The position numbers were made by a program, and so were the translations under genes. This document shows positions 24,002-31,837 of a DNA stretch of 32,000 bases, in pieces; within the stretch, counting starts at the first letter, position 1; the number at the start of each line of letters is the position of its first letter. The notes beneath the pieces are model-generated. The model ran no database searches and had not been told where the DNA came from. It saw only the letters and a program-made list of their open reading frames with translations. Location: the NCBI RefSeq assembly GCF_051307035.1, contig NZ_CP195536.1, forward strand, positions 1,080,001 through 1,112,000, written 5' to 3'. Source of the DNA: Psychrobacter sp. DM4 (lineage in GTDB: Bacteria > Pseudomonadota > Gammaproteobacteria > Pseudomonadales > Moraxellaceae).

Positions 24002-25660
24002 ATGAATCAAGCTTACACCATCGCAGATTATTTATTTGACCGAGTAGCAGAAGCAGGTGCCACAGAAGTATTCGGCGTGCCGGGCGATTATAATTTATCG
24101 TTTTTGGATAATATTATAGATTCAGATAAGCTGCGCTGGGTGGGCAACACCAACGAGTTCAACGCAGGATACGCCGCTGACGGCTATGCGCGCGAGCGTG
24201 GGTTTGCGGCGATGGTGACTACTTTTGGTGTTGGCGAGCTGTCTGCGATTAACGCAACGGCTGGCTCCTTTGCAGAGTATGCACCTGTATTACATATCGT
24301 TGGTGCGCCTGCAACGAAATTACAAAATGAAAAAAGCCGTATTCATCACTCTTTGGGTGATGGCGTATTCAATCACTTCATAAAAATGGTCGAGCCTGTG
24401 ACAGTCGCGCGGGCTCAGATCACATCAGAAAACGCCGCATCAGAGATTGATCGAGTGATACGAATGACTCTCAAAAAGCATCGCCCAGGATACCTAATGT
24501 TATCACCCGATGTCGCAAAGTTACCGATTTATCCGCCAACGACTAAGCTAGATGATAGCCAAGAGGATATTACTAGCGCTGCTGCATTGAGCGCTTTTAA
24601 GCAAGCACTGACTGAGTTTTTGCCCAACAAGACGACCACACTAATGGCAGATCTCATGGTGCATCGTATGGGACTACAAGATGAGCTCAGAGCATTAATT
24701 GCTGATACCGAGGTGCCTTATACCACGTTATCTTGGGGCAAAAGTTTACTCGATGAGCAAGGCGCGCGCTGGGTGGGCACTTATTCAGGTGTGGCCTCAA
24801 GACCTGTAGCCAAAGATGCGGTTGAAAACTGCCAATGTTTGATTAAGATTGGAGTCAGTTATACAGATACGACGACCGCAGGATTTAGCCAAAATATCGA
24901 TGAGAGAGCAGTCGTCGATGTCCACTATGAGCGTGCCAGCATCGGCGGACAGAATTTCGCTCCTATAGCGCTAAAAGACAGCTTGCAAGCCTTGCACGAA
25001 GTGATGACCTCAGGTATCGATATTATACCTATGCCTCTATGTGAAGCTATGATTCCTCACGAGCAGATTGGCGCAGATAATGAGGCGATACGTCAAGATG
25101 ACTTATGGCATATCATCGCAAAGAGTCTCACTCATAACAATCTAGTGTTCGCTGATCAAGGAACAGCGTATTTTGGTATCAGTGATACGCGCCTACCAGC
25201 TGGAGTGACTTGCTATGGACAGCCGATGTGGGGCTCGATTGGGTATACTTTGCCCGCTAGCCTTGGCGCAGGAATTGCCTCCACGCACAAGCGTAGCGTA
25301 CTACTGATAGGAGATGGCTCAGCGCTGCTCACGATCCAAGATATTGCGGTCATGCTCAAAGAAGGCATCAACCCCTTTATCGTACTGGTCAATAATGATG
25401 GTTATACGGTTGAGCGGGCGATACACGGCGAGAATCAACTTTACAATGATATCCCGCATTGCGACTGGCAAACTATGGTAAAAGCGTTTGGCGGTAATGA
25501 TACCAACAGTTTAACGCTTAGAGCTAAAACAGCAGGCGAGCTAAAAGCTGCGCTCAAGACTGCGGCAGCAACGACGGACAAACTAGTGATGCTTGAGGTG
25601 ATAGCGGATAAGCACGATATCCCGCCGCTGCTTGCTGATATTACTAAGGCGCTGCAATAG
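24002..25660 (+). CDS. ipdC: Thiamine-diphosphate-dependent 2-keto-acid decarboxylase (indolepyruvate/phenylpyruvate decarboxylase family), 552 aa
   Basis: Collinear with Enterobacter IpdC as recalled (ADYLFDRV...FGVPGDYNL...GVGELSA...; TPP motif GDGSALLTIQD...NNDGYTVERAIHG). AAGGA SD favours the ATG at 24002. Substrate is not determinable from sequence. Confidence 0.88.
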   Translation: MNQAYTIADYLFDRVAEAGATEVFGVPGDYNLSFLDNIIDSDKLRWVGNTNEFNAGYAADGYARERGFAAMVTTFGVGELSAINATAGSFAEYAPVLHIVGAPATKLQNEKSRIHHSLGDGVFNHFIKMVEPVTVARAQITSENAASEIDRVIRMTLKKHRPGYLMLSPDVAKLPIYPPTTKLDDSQEDITSAAALSAFKQALTEFLPNKTTTLMADLMVHRMGLQDELRALIADTEVPYTTLSWGKSLLDEQGARWVGTYSGVASRPVAKDAVENCQCLIKIGVSYTDTTTAGFSQNIDERAVVDVHYERASIGGQNFAPIALKDSLQALHEVMTSGIDIIPMPLCEAMIPHEQIGADNEAIRQDDLWHIIAKSLTHNNLVFADQGTAYFGISDTRLPAGVTCYGQPMWGSIGYTLPASLGAGIASTHKRSVLLIGDGSALLTIQDIAVMLKEGINPFIVLVNNDGYTVERAIHGENQLYNDIPHCDWQTMVKAFGGNDTNSLTLRAKTAGELKAALKTAAATTDKLVMLEVIADKHDIPPLLADITKALQ

Positions 25661-25701
25661 TTATTTGCTGTTAAACGCGTTGTATAACTGGTTTTTTTAA
25701 A

Positions 25702-25737
25702 GACCCCATTTAGTTTTGAGCTAAATGGGGTTTATTG
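25702..25737 (+). terminator. Rho-independent terminator of the decarboxylase gene
   Basis: accccatttag-ttttgag-ctaaatggggt followed by ttatt. Confidence 0.7.
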
Positions 25738-25894
25738 CGGATAAGGTGAATTAAACTAGGACTAATTCAATAAGGACTATAAAGGTTATACTCCCTTTTA
25801 TCTGCCAAATTTTGCTTAGGAACTATCGTATAGTCAAAAACTGAGCTATGCTTTTACAATTGACATATCAGATGATAATAGGAGACGCCATAAC

Positions 25895-26215
25895 ATGATT
25901 TGGGCAAAGATGCTTATCGGTGCGCTCATGGTGTTATTAATACAACTTCTCGCACAAACTCGCTTTTTTTATTTAGCTGCTTTTGCTCATCTTTTTCCAA
26001 CCTTTACGCTCATTAGTCACTTTATTGTTAGCACTGAGCGTAGCGGTGCAGATCTAAAAGTCGCTTTGATATTTAGTATGCTGGGCGTCATACCGCACTT
26101 GATCTATACGCTCGTAGTCTTCTTCGGTATTAATTATATGAGCTTATACAAGGCGTTGCTATTAGGCGTGGTGGCATGGTCTATCGCCGCCGCTATATTA
26201 GTCCTCGCATGGTAG
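25895..26215 (+). CDS. glpM: GlpM-family small membrane protein, 106 aa
   Basis: Four predicted TM segments. LAQTRFFYLAAFAHLFPTFTLISHFIV parallels Pseudomonas GlpM (KTRNYYIAGLVPLFPTFALIAHYIV) as recalled. AGGAG SD. Confidence 0.75.
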   Translation: MIWAKMLIGALMVLLIQLLAQTRFFYLAAFAHLFPTFTLISHFIVSTERSGADLKVALIFSMLGVIPHLIYTLVVFFGINYMSLYKALLLGVVAWSIAAAILVLAW

Positions 26216-26290
26216 TATATACAATCTTGAGTTTGTACCAAAGGATACCGTTTCAAATCATCTTTAAATATAAAATCACTAAATAACAAA

Positions 26291-26320
26291 GCCAGCATCC
26301 TATATATCTAGAATGCTGGC
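26291..26320. terminator. Hairpin between convergent glpM and the Cys-rich ORF (likely bidirectional terminator)
   Basis: gccagcat-(14-nt loop)-atgctggc with ttt downstream on the plus strand and tttgttattt on the minus strand. Confidence 0.55.
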
Positions 26321-26370
26321 TTTATCACTAAATAATCGATTGCTGCCTTCACACTTGTTTTTGTTTAGGT

Positions 26371-26508
26371 CTAATCACACTGGCAGCAGTTACTACAGCA
26401 GTTACAGTTTTTGCAAGTAGCCTTACTACTACAATTACACTTGGTACAGTGACAAGTGTCGTCATCCATTGTCACGATGCTAGGTTTGGTCTTCGATAGA
26501 AAAGTCAT
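26371..26508 (-). CDS. Unlisted small ORF: 45-aa cysteine-rich (11 Cys) metallothionein-like peptide MTFLSKTKPSIVTMDDDTCHCTKCNCSSKATCKNCNCCSNCCQCD
   Basis: Hand translation of the minus strand. ATG at 26508 is preceded by AAAGGTG 5 nt upstream. TAG stop at 26371..26373, and the hairpin at 26291..26320 lies downstream. It is below the 60-aa cutoff of the ORF track. CxC and CC clusters are typical of metal-thiolate proteins. Confidence 0.5.
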   Translation of the reverse strand: MTFLSKTKPSIVTMDDDTCHCTKCNCSSKATCKNCNCCSNCCQCD

Positions 26509-26613
26509 AATCACACCTTTTTTAATGAAAGTCTCATTACTTCAGCAATAATGGCTTTTATATTGTGCTGTAGTGTTGTTAATTTAGTTTAAGAATACGA
26601 TGTTTTAGAGAAG

Positions 26614-27393
26614 TTAAAACAAAATATTAATATTTGAAACAATCATGACTATTCCACTCACAACCATCAGCGCTATGAGCATGATTCTAAACTGACGAAC
26701 ACTCATGCCTGCTAAGAAGTGCTTGCCTATGACATTGCCAAGTGCAGCGCCAAGTCCAAGCGCTAGACCATAGATCCAAAGTTGCGCAGTTAGTACGCCA
26801 AAAAAGGTATAACTGCCAATCTGTGCCAGCCCGACAAAGAATGAGTTGGCCGTTTTGGTAGCGATTAAGCGCTCTTTTTGTAAGCCTGTATTCATATAAA
26901 AAGGGTTGAGAATAGGGCCAAGACCACCCACTAGCGTACTGATAAAAGCGGTGACAAATCCTAATGGAACAAAGCCTGACTTTGGCATATCAAAGCTTTT
27001 ATCAATCTTGCCAAAGCGATATTGAAACACGGTAGAGACCAAAAACACACCGATCAAGAGCTGAATCCAGCTTCCCTCAAGTTGACTAAATAACAATGCA
27101 GCTAGCCACGCACCAACGATCGCACTGGGCACATAGTATTTGATGAGTGACCAGTCAATATCATGCCAAAATAGATACAAGCGCACAGGACGACTGATAA
27201 AAGTACCTAAGTTGATAATGGGCGGTGCGGCTGATGCTCCTACCATCCAAGAGGTAATAGGTATCAGCAGCAGAGCGCCGCCACCACCCGATAGTGTCGA
27301 GAGAATAAAAGCAAACATACCCATGACAAAGAGACCTGCTAGATGCCAAGCAGGTATGGTCTGCACAATATCAAAAACCGTATCTAAAATCAT
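26614..27393 (-). CDS. TauE/SafE (DUF81) family sulfite/organosulfonate-type anion exporter, 259 aa
   Basis: Polytopic membrane protein with the Gly-rich repeats characteristic of TauE/SafE (LSGGGGALLLIP; VGGLGPILNPF). Confidence 0.85.
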   Translation of the reverse strand: MILDTVFDIVQTIPAWHLAGLFVMGMFAFILSTLSGGGGALLLIPITSWMVGASAAPPIINLGTFISRPVRLYLFWHDIDWSLIKYYVPSAIVGAWLAALLFSQLEGSWIQLLIGVFLVSTVFQYRFGKIDKSFDMPKSGFVPLGFVTAFISTLVGGLGPILNPFYMNTGLQKERLIATKTANSFFVGLAQIGSYTFFGVLTAQLWIYGLALGLGAALGNVIGKHFLAGMSVRQFRIMLIALMVVSGIVMIVSNINILF

Positions 27394-27424
27394 AGTTGTC
27401 TACTCGAAGACTCAAACCGTCTCA

Positions 27425-28342
27425 CTACAGCAAGTAATGGTCCTGAATATGCTGAATGCATAGCTCATAAAAGGCAGCGGCGGCAGGAGAGATACTTTTG
27501 TCTCTTAACCTAAAGATACCAATTTGTCGCGTCAAGGTAGGCGCGAGCAAAGGTATCCATACCAGCTCTGGCTCATTGGCGGGAAAGGCGAGTTTAGGTA
27601 ATGTTGTAATGCCTAGGTCGTGACGAAGCAAGGAGAATAGAGAGGTAATATTTTCAACGGTATAGCGAGCTTGTCTATTGAGCGTTTCAGCAGGAGTGTT
27701 CTCAAGCAGGCGGCAAGTACCATTATAAATGAATGGCTGTCCGACCAATTGCTGCCATTTAAGACCATGCCGTAGTGACTTTGAGGATGCTTGTTTAGGC
27801 GTTATTAATTGCTGATACAAGGCATTACTCTTCAAACACACTACGCCGATAGGGTCTGATATGAGCGCGGTAAAGTCAATATCCGCCTGATCCATTCGAG
27901 CATCATTGCCCAATGCCAAGTCCACTTCGCCTGCCAATAACCGATTTGCGACGCCGATGGAATTATCATCGATAAGAACAATTTCAATATCAGGATATTT
28001 TTGTGAGTAGGCGGCCAGTACGCTTGGTAGCAGCTTTGTGACTAATGATGGCACACTTGCAATCCTAATCTTACCTTTGTTACCAGCCGCGAGTGATTTT
28101 AGATCTTCCTCTAACGTTTGAGCAGTATCTATAAATTGCCCAATCTTTGGTAGGCAAGATTCACCAAAAGCGCTAAGAATTGCGGTATTACCACTCTCAA
28201 ACAGTCTTTGACCGAGTGATTTTTCTAACTCTTTAATAGAAGCGGATAACGCAGCCTGCGTACGATTGGCGCGATCTGCTGCTGCGCGAAAGCCGCCTGC
28301 CTCTACCACCAATAAAAAGTGCCTTAACTGCTGTAACTTCAT
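27425..28342 (-). CDS. LysR-family transcriptional regulator, 305 aa
   Basis: N-terminal wHTH (MKLQQLRHFLLVVEAGGFRAAADRANRTQAALSASIKELE) plus a periplasmic-binding-fold effector domain. Confidence 0.92.
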   Translation of the reverse strand: MKLQQLRHFLLVVEAGGFRAAADRANRTQAALSASIKELEKSLGQRLFESGNTAILSAFGESCLPKIGQFIDTAQTLEEDLKSLAAGNKGKIRIASVPSLVTKLLPSVLAAYSQKYPDIEIVLIDDNSIGVANRLLAGEVDLALGNDARMDQADIDFTALISDPIGVVCLKSNALYQQLITPKQASSKSLRHGLKWQQLVGQPFIYNGTCRLLENTPAETLNRQARYTVENITSLFSLLRHDLGITTLPKLAFPANEPELVWIPLLAPTLTRQIGIFRLRDKSISPAAAAFYELCIQHIQDHYLL

Positions 28343-28418
28343 ATCTTATTTTCCGATAAATTCATATGTATTGAAGCAAATTCAAGCCGAGCTAATCATG
28401 CATAAGAACTATAACACG

Positions 28419-28437
28419 TGATAGATTAAATTTATCA
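28419..28437. promoter_or_regulatory. Candidate LysR-type binding site (TGATA-N9-TATCA dyad) in the divergent intergenic region
   Basis: tgatagattaaatttatca, read directly. It contains T-N11-A-type dyad symmetry between the LysR gene and the RidA operon. Confidence 0.35.
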
Positions 28438-28557
28438 TTATTAATATTTAATGAGTTAGATTTGTTAAGGTCAAAAGAGTAGCATAGATGCTAACCCAAG
28501 GAACGTCTAAGTATCCGCTGTGGCAAAGATACTCATCACTCAAAGGACTATTGTTAT

Positions 28558-28947
28558 ATGACCACTCACTCACCTAAGCAAGCTGTCAAAACCTCATTAT
28601 ACGCCTCAAAAGCACCCCTTGAGTGGGCCGTCACTAGCAACGGCACGTTGTACACCGCACAGATTCCTATCGATAATAAAGGTGAAGTCGTTAGCGGCGG
28701 TATCGAGGCGCAAACGCGTCAGACATTGGACAACCTAAAGCATACGCTAGAGAGCGCAGGCGTTGGTATGGATGCGGTACTCCAAGTGCTCATCTATGTG
28801 ACTGACCGCGAGTATCTAAAGACGGTCAATCAAGTCTATGCTGAATACTTTGAAGCGCCTTATCCAAACCGCGCCGCCCTAGTGATAGCAGGACTGGCAA
28901 GAGAAGAGATGCTTGTTGAGCTAGTCGTTTATGCTAGCGTCCCTTAA
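28558..28947 (+). CDS. RidA/YjgF/Endoribonuclease L-PSP family (reactive enamine/imine deaminase) protein, 129 aa
   Basis: Size and motifs (GIEAQTRQTLDNL...PNRAALVIAGLAREEMLVEL) are typical of the YjgF/RidA family. Confidence 0.85.
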   Translation: MTTHSPKQAVKTSLYASKAPLEWAVTSNGTLYTAQIPIDNKGEVVSGGIEAQTRQTLDNLKHTLESAGVGMDAVLQVLIYVTDREYLKTVNQVYAEYFEAPYPNRAALVIAGLAREEMLVELVVYASVP

Positions 28948-29011
28948 ATTTATAATTATAAAAATGTAATTTCATTACTCATTAGTTTCTCATCGTTTAT
29001 TAAGGATTTTT

Positions 29012-30487
29012 ATGTCAACTCAAACTGCCAAACCAGTATTACAACAAGACCCAAGCCAATCGATCTATATCAATGGTGAATGGCAAGCGGGCACCGATAC
29101 TATCAATAACATCAACCCCTCAGACATCAGCGAAAGCTTAGGTGCGTTTGCACAGGCAAGTACGGATCAAGTCAAAGATGCTATTGCTGCCGCCCGTCAT
29201 GCTCAGCCAAAGTGGGAGGCGACGCCACTTGAGAAAAAACAATCTATCTTACAAGCGATTGGCGATGAGATGATCGCTCGCTGTGATGAGCTGAGCACAT
29301 TATTGTCTCTTGAGGAAGGCAAACCCTTTGCCGAGGGTCGCGGTGAGATTTATCGCGCAGGACAGTTCTTTCATTACTACGCGGCTGAAGTACTGCGTCA
29401 AATCGGTGATACCGCAGATTCAGTCCGTCCTGGGGTCAAAGTTGAAGTGACTCGTGAGGCCGTCGGTGTAGTCGCAATTATCTCGCCTTGGAACTTTCCA
29501 ACGGCAACAGCGGTTTGGAAGATTGCGCCTGCCTTAGCCTTTGGTAATAGTGTCATCTGGAAGCCAGCCAATCTGACGCCAGCGAGCGCGGTCGCTATGG
29601 CTGAGATTATTCATCGTCAAGGTCTGCCAGAGGGCACGTTTAACTTGCTATTAGGTGGCGGCTCATCGGTAGGTGACGCGCTTATTCATTCAAAAGACAT
29701 CGACGCGGTGAGCTTCACAGGATCAGTATCGACAGGTCGCAAAGTCGCTGCCGCCACCGCGCCAAACTTTGTGCGTTGTCAGCTAGAGATGGGCAGCAAA
29801 AACGCCTTGGTTATCGCTGATGATGCTGATATGCAAGTCGCTGTAGACGCCGCAATCGCAGGCGCTTTTGGTGGTTCTGGACAAAAATGTACCGCCTCTT
29901 CACGCTTGATCGTCATGGACGGCGTACACGACGCTTTTGTTGATGCCATGATCGCGCGTATGAAAACGCTAAAAGTCGGTCATGCATTAGATGATGGTAT
30001 CTTTATGGGACCTGTCGTGGATGACAAGCAGCTCGCCTCAAATATGGACTGGGTCGAAAAGGGCAAGCAGGAAGGCGGTAATTTAGCCTTTGGCGGTGAG
30101 CGCCTAGAGATGGCCAATGATGGCTATTATATGTCGCCAACTTTGTTCACAGAAACTGATAACAGCTGGGATATTAACCAAGAAGAAGTGTTTGCGCCGC
30201 TGGCTTGCGTTATGCGCGCCAAAGATTTGGAAGAAGCAATTGCCATGACTAACGATACGCGCTTTGGTTTGACAGGTAGCATCATTACCCAGAGTCTGCG
30301 TAATAGCGCGATGTTTAAAGAGCAAGTGCAAGCGGGCTGCGTCATGGTTAATCTGGCGACGGCGGGTACGGATTATCATGTGCCTTTTGGTGGCCGTAAA
30401 GAGTCAAGCTTTGGTCCGCGTGAGCAAGGTCAGTATGCCAAAGAGTTTTATACCATCGTCAAGACCGCTTATCAAAAAGCGTATTAA
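29012..30487 (+). CDS. NAD(P)+-dependent aldehyde dehydrogenase, 491 aa
   Basis: ALDH superfamily: SPWNFP, FTGS, glutamate motif LEMGSKNA, catalytic cysteine GQKCTASSR. AAGGA SD. Confidence 0.92.
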   Translation: MSTQTAKPVLQQDPSQSIYINGEWQAGTDTINNINPSDISESLGAFAQASTDQVKDAIAAARHAQPKWEATPLEKKQSILQAIGDEMIARCDELSTLLSLEEGKPFAEGRGEIYRAGQFFHYYAAEVLRQIGDTADSVRPGVKVEVTREAVGVVAIISPWNFPTATAVWKIAPALAFGNSVIWKPANLTPASAVAMAEIIHRQGLPEGTFNLLLGGGSSVGDALIHSKDIDAVSFTGSVSTGRKVAAATAPNFVRCQLEMGSKNALVIADDADMQVAVDAAIAGAFGGSGQKCTASSRLIVMDGVHDAFVDAMIARMKTLKVGHALDDGIFMGPVVDDKQLASNMDWVEKGKQEGGNLAFGGERLEMANDGYYMSPTLFTETDNSWDINQEEVFAPLACVMRAKDLEEAIAMTNDTRFGLTGSIITQSLRNSAMFKEQVQAGCVMVNLATAGTDYHVPFGGRKESSFGPREQGQYAKEFYTIVKTAYQKAY

Positions 30488-30504
30488 TAAGATAAGGCGT
30501 AGAT

Positions 30505-30619
30505 GTAGGGTGGGTTAGTTTTTCAAGCTCTTGTAAAGAGTGCTGACAAAACGTAACCCGCCACTTTAAATGTAAATTGCTAAATGTCGGCGGGTTACGC
30601 TGTCGCTAACCCACCCTAC
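30505..30619. repeat. Nested REP-like palindromic element: four GGYGGGTTA units in alternating orientation
   Basis: Outer pair gtagggtgggttag (30505..30518) / ctaacccaccctac (30606..30619). Inner pair cgtaacccgcc (30552..30562) / ggcgggttacg (30589..30599). All read directly. Confidence 0.8.
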
Positions 30620-30662
30620 GTCAGAATTAAGTTTAAGAATGAGTCATAAGAGGGATATCAAT

Positions 30663-31652
30663 ATGTACCAAGATCATATCGTCATCGACGGTTTGCAGTA
30701 TAGCCACTGGGATCGCGACTACTTCAAGATGCTAAAAAATAGCGGTATCAATGCGATGCACGCCACCTTGGTCTATCACGAAGATGCGCGTCAGACCATA
30801 ACCCGTTTCGCTGAGTGGCACACTCGCTTTGAGCAAAATTCTGATTTGATTATGCCTGTATATTCGGTCAACGATATCCAAACGGCAAAAGAGCAGGGCA
30901 GGGTCGGTATCTTCTTTGGCGCGCAAAATTGCTCGTCTATCGATGATGAGATTGGTCTGATTAGCGTTATGCGCCGTTTAGGTTTACTCATCATGCAGCT
31001 GACGTATAACAATCAAAGCCTGCTAGCGACAGGTTGTTATGAGTCAAAGGATAGTGGGGTCACGCGTTTTGGTGAACAAGCGATAGCGGAGATGAATCGC
31101 GTCGGTATGATTGTCGATATGTCACACAGCGCTGAGCAGTCCACGCTTGAGGCGATAGAAGTATCGTCGCGTCCGATTTGTATCAGCCATGCCAATCCAA
31201 CTACCGCTCACGATGCGCTGCGTAATAAATCAGATACCGTTATTAGTGCTTTAACCAAAGCGGGCGGATTGCTTGGTTTTAGCTTATATCCCTTTCATTT
31301 GCCAAACGGTAGCGATTGTACGCTTGATGATTTTTGTACCATGATTGCCAACTGTGCGGATAAATACGGCGTAGAGCATTTAGCGATTGGTAGTGATCTA
31401 TGCCTAAATCAGCCCAAATCTGTACTTGAATGGATGCGTAACGGGCGCTGGTCCAAAGCGATGGATTATGGTGAAGGTAGTTCAAATAATTCAGGATGGC
31501 CGGATAATCTGCCTTGGTTTGCAGGTAAAAAAGGCATGGAAAATATCTATAACGGTCTGCTCAAGCATGGTTTTAACGAGTCTGACGCGGGCAAGATCAT
31601 CGGTCAAAACTGGTTTGACTTTTTGGAGCAAGGGCTTAAGCCTGCGCCTTAG
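30663..31652 (+). CDS. Peptidase M19 (renal/membrane dipeptidase) family protein, 329 aa from ATG 30663
   Basis: M19 amidohydrolase-fold pattern (VIDGLQ..., DMSHSAEQS, ISHANP, GSDL). AGAGGGA SD 7 nt before the ATG at 30663. The ORF-track start at 30639 has no SD and abuts the REP element. Confidence 0.85.
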   Translation: MYQDHIVIDGLQYSHWDRDYFKMLKNSGINAMHATLVYHEDARQTITRFAEWHTRFEQNSDLIMPVYSVNDIQTAKEQGRVGIFFGAQNCSSIDDEIGLISVMRRLGLLIMQLTYNNQSLLATGCYESKDSGVTRFGEQAIAEMNRVGMIVDMSHSAEQSTLEAIEVSSRPICISHANPTTAHDALRNKSDTVISALTKAGGLLGFSLYPFHLPNGSDCTLDDFCTMIANCADKYGVEHLAIGSDLCLNQPKSVLEWMRNGRWSKAMDYGEGSSNNSGWPDNLPWFAGKKGMENIYNGLLKHGFNESDAGKIIGQNWFDFLEQGLKPAP

Positions 31653-31837
31653 CATTAAGAACCTTGCAAGCATAGCTATTTACTACCGTTAAAAGTCACT
31701 TCGCTATAAAGCACCTGCTGCTTCATAGCGCTCATTGTCATTTAGAGATACAGATTTTAGAGGATAATTATCCTATTTAGACTCTCATTTGATTTGTACC
31801 TTAGTTAATTTTGATGCAACAGGACTGGAGCCATACC

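Noticed and set aside
26332-26499. Plus-strand reading of the Cys-rich locus (IIDCCLHTCFCLGLITLAAVTTAVTVFASSLTTTITLGTVTSVVIHCHDARFGLR)
   Set aside because: It has no ATG, GTG or TTG start in frame after the upstream stop at 26329..26331, and no SD. The minus-strand frame has ATG, SD, stop and terminator.
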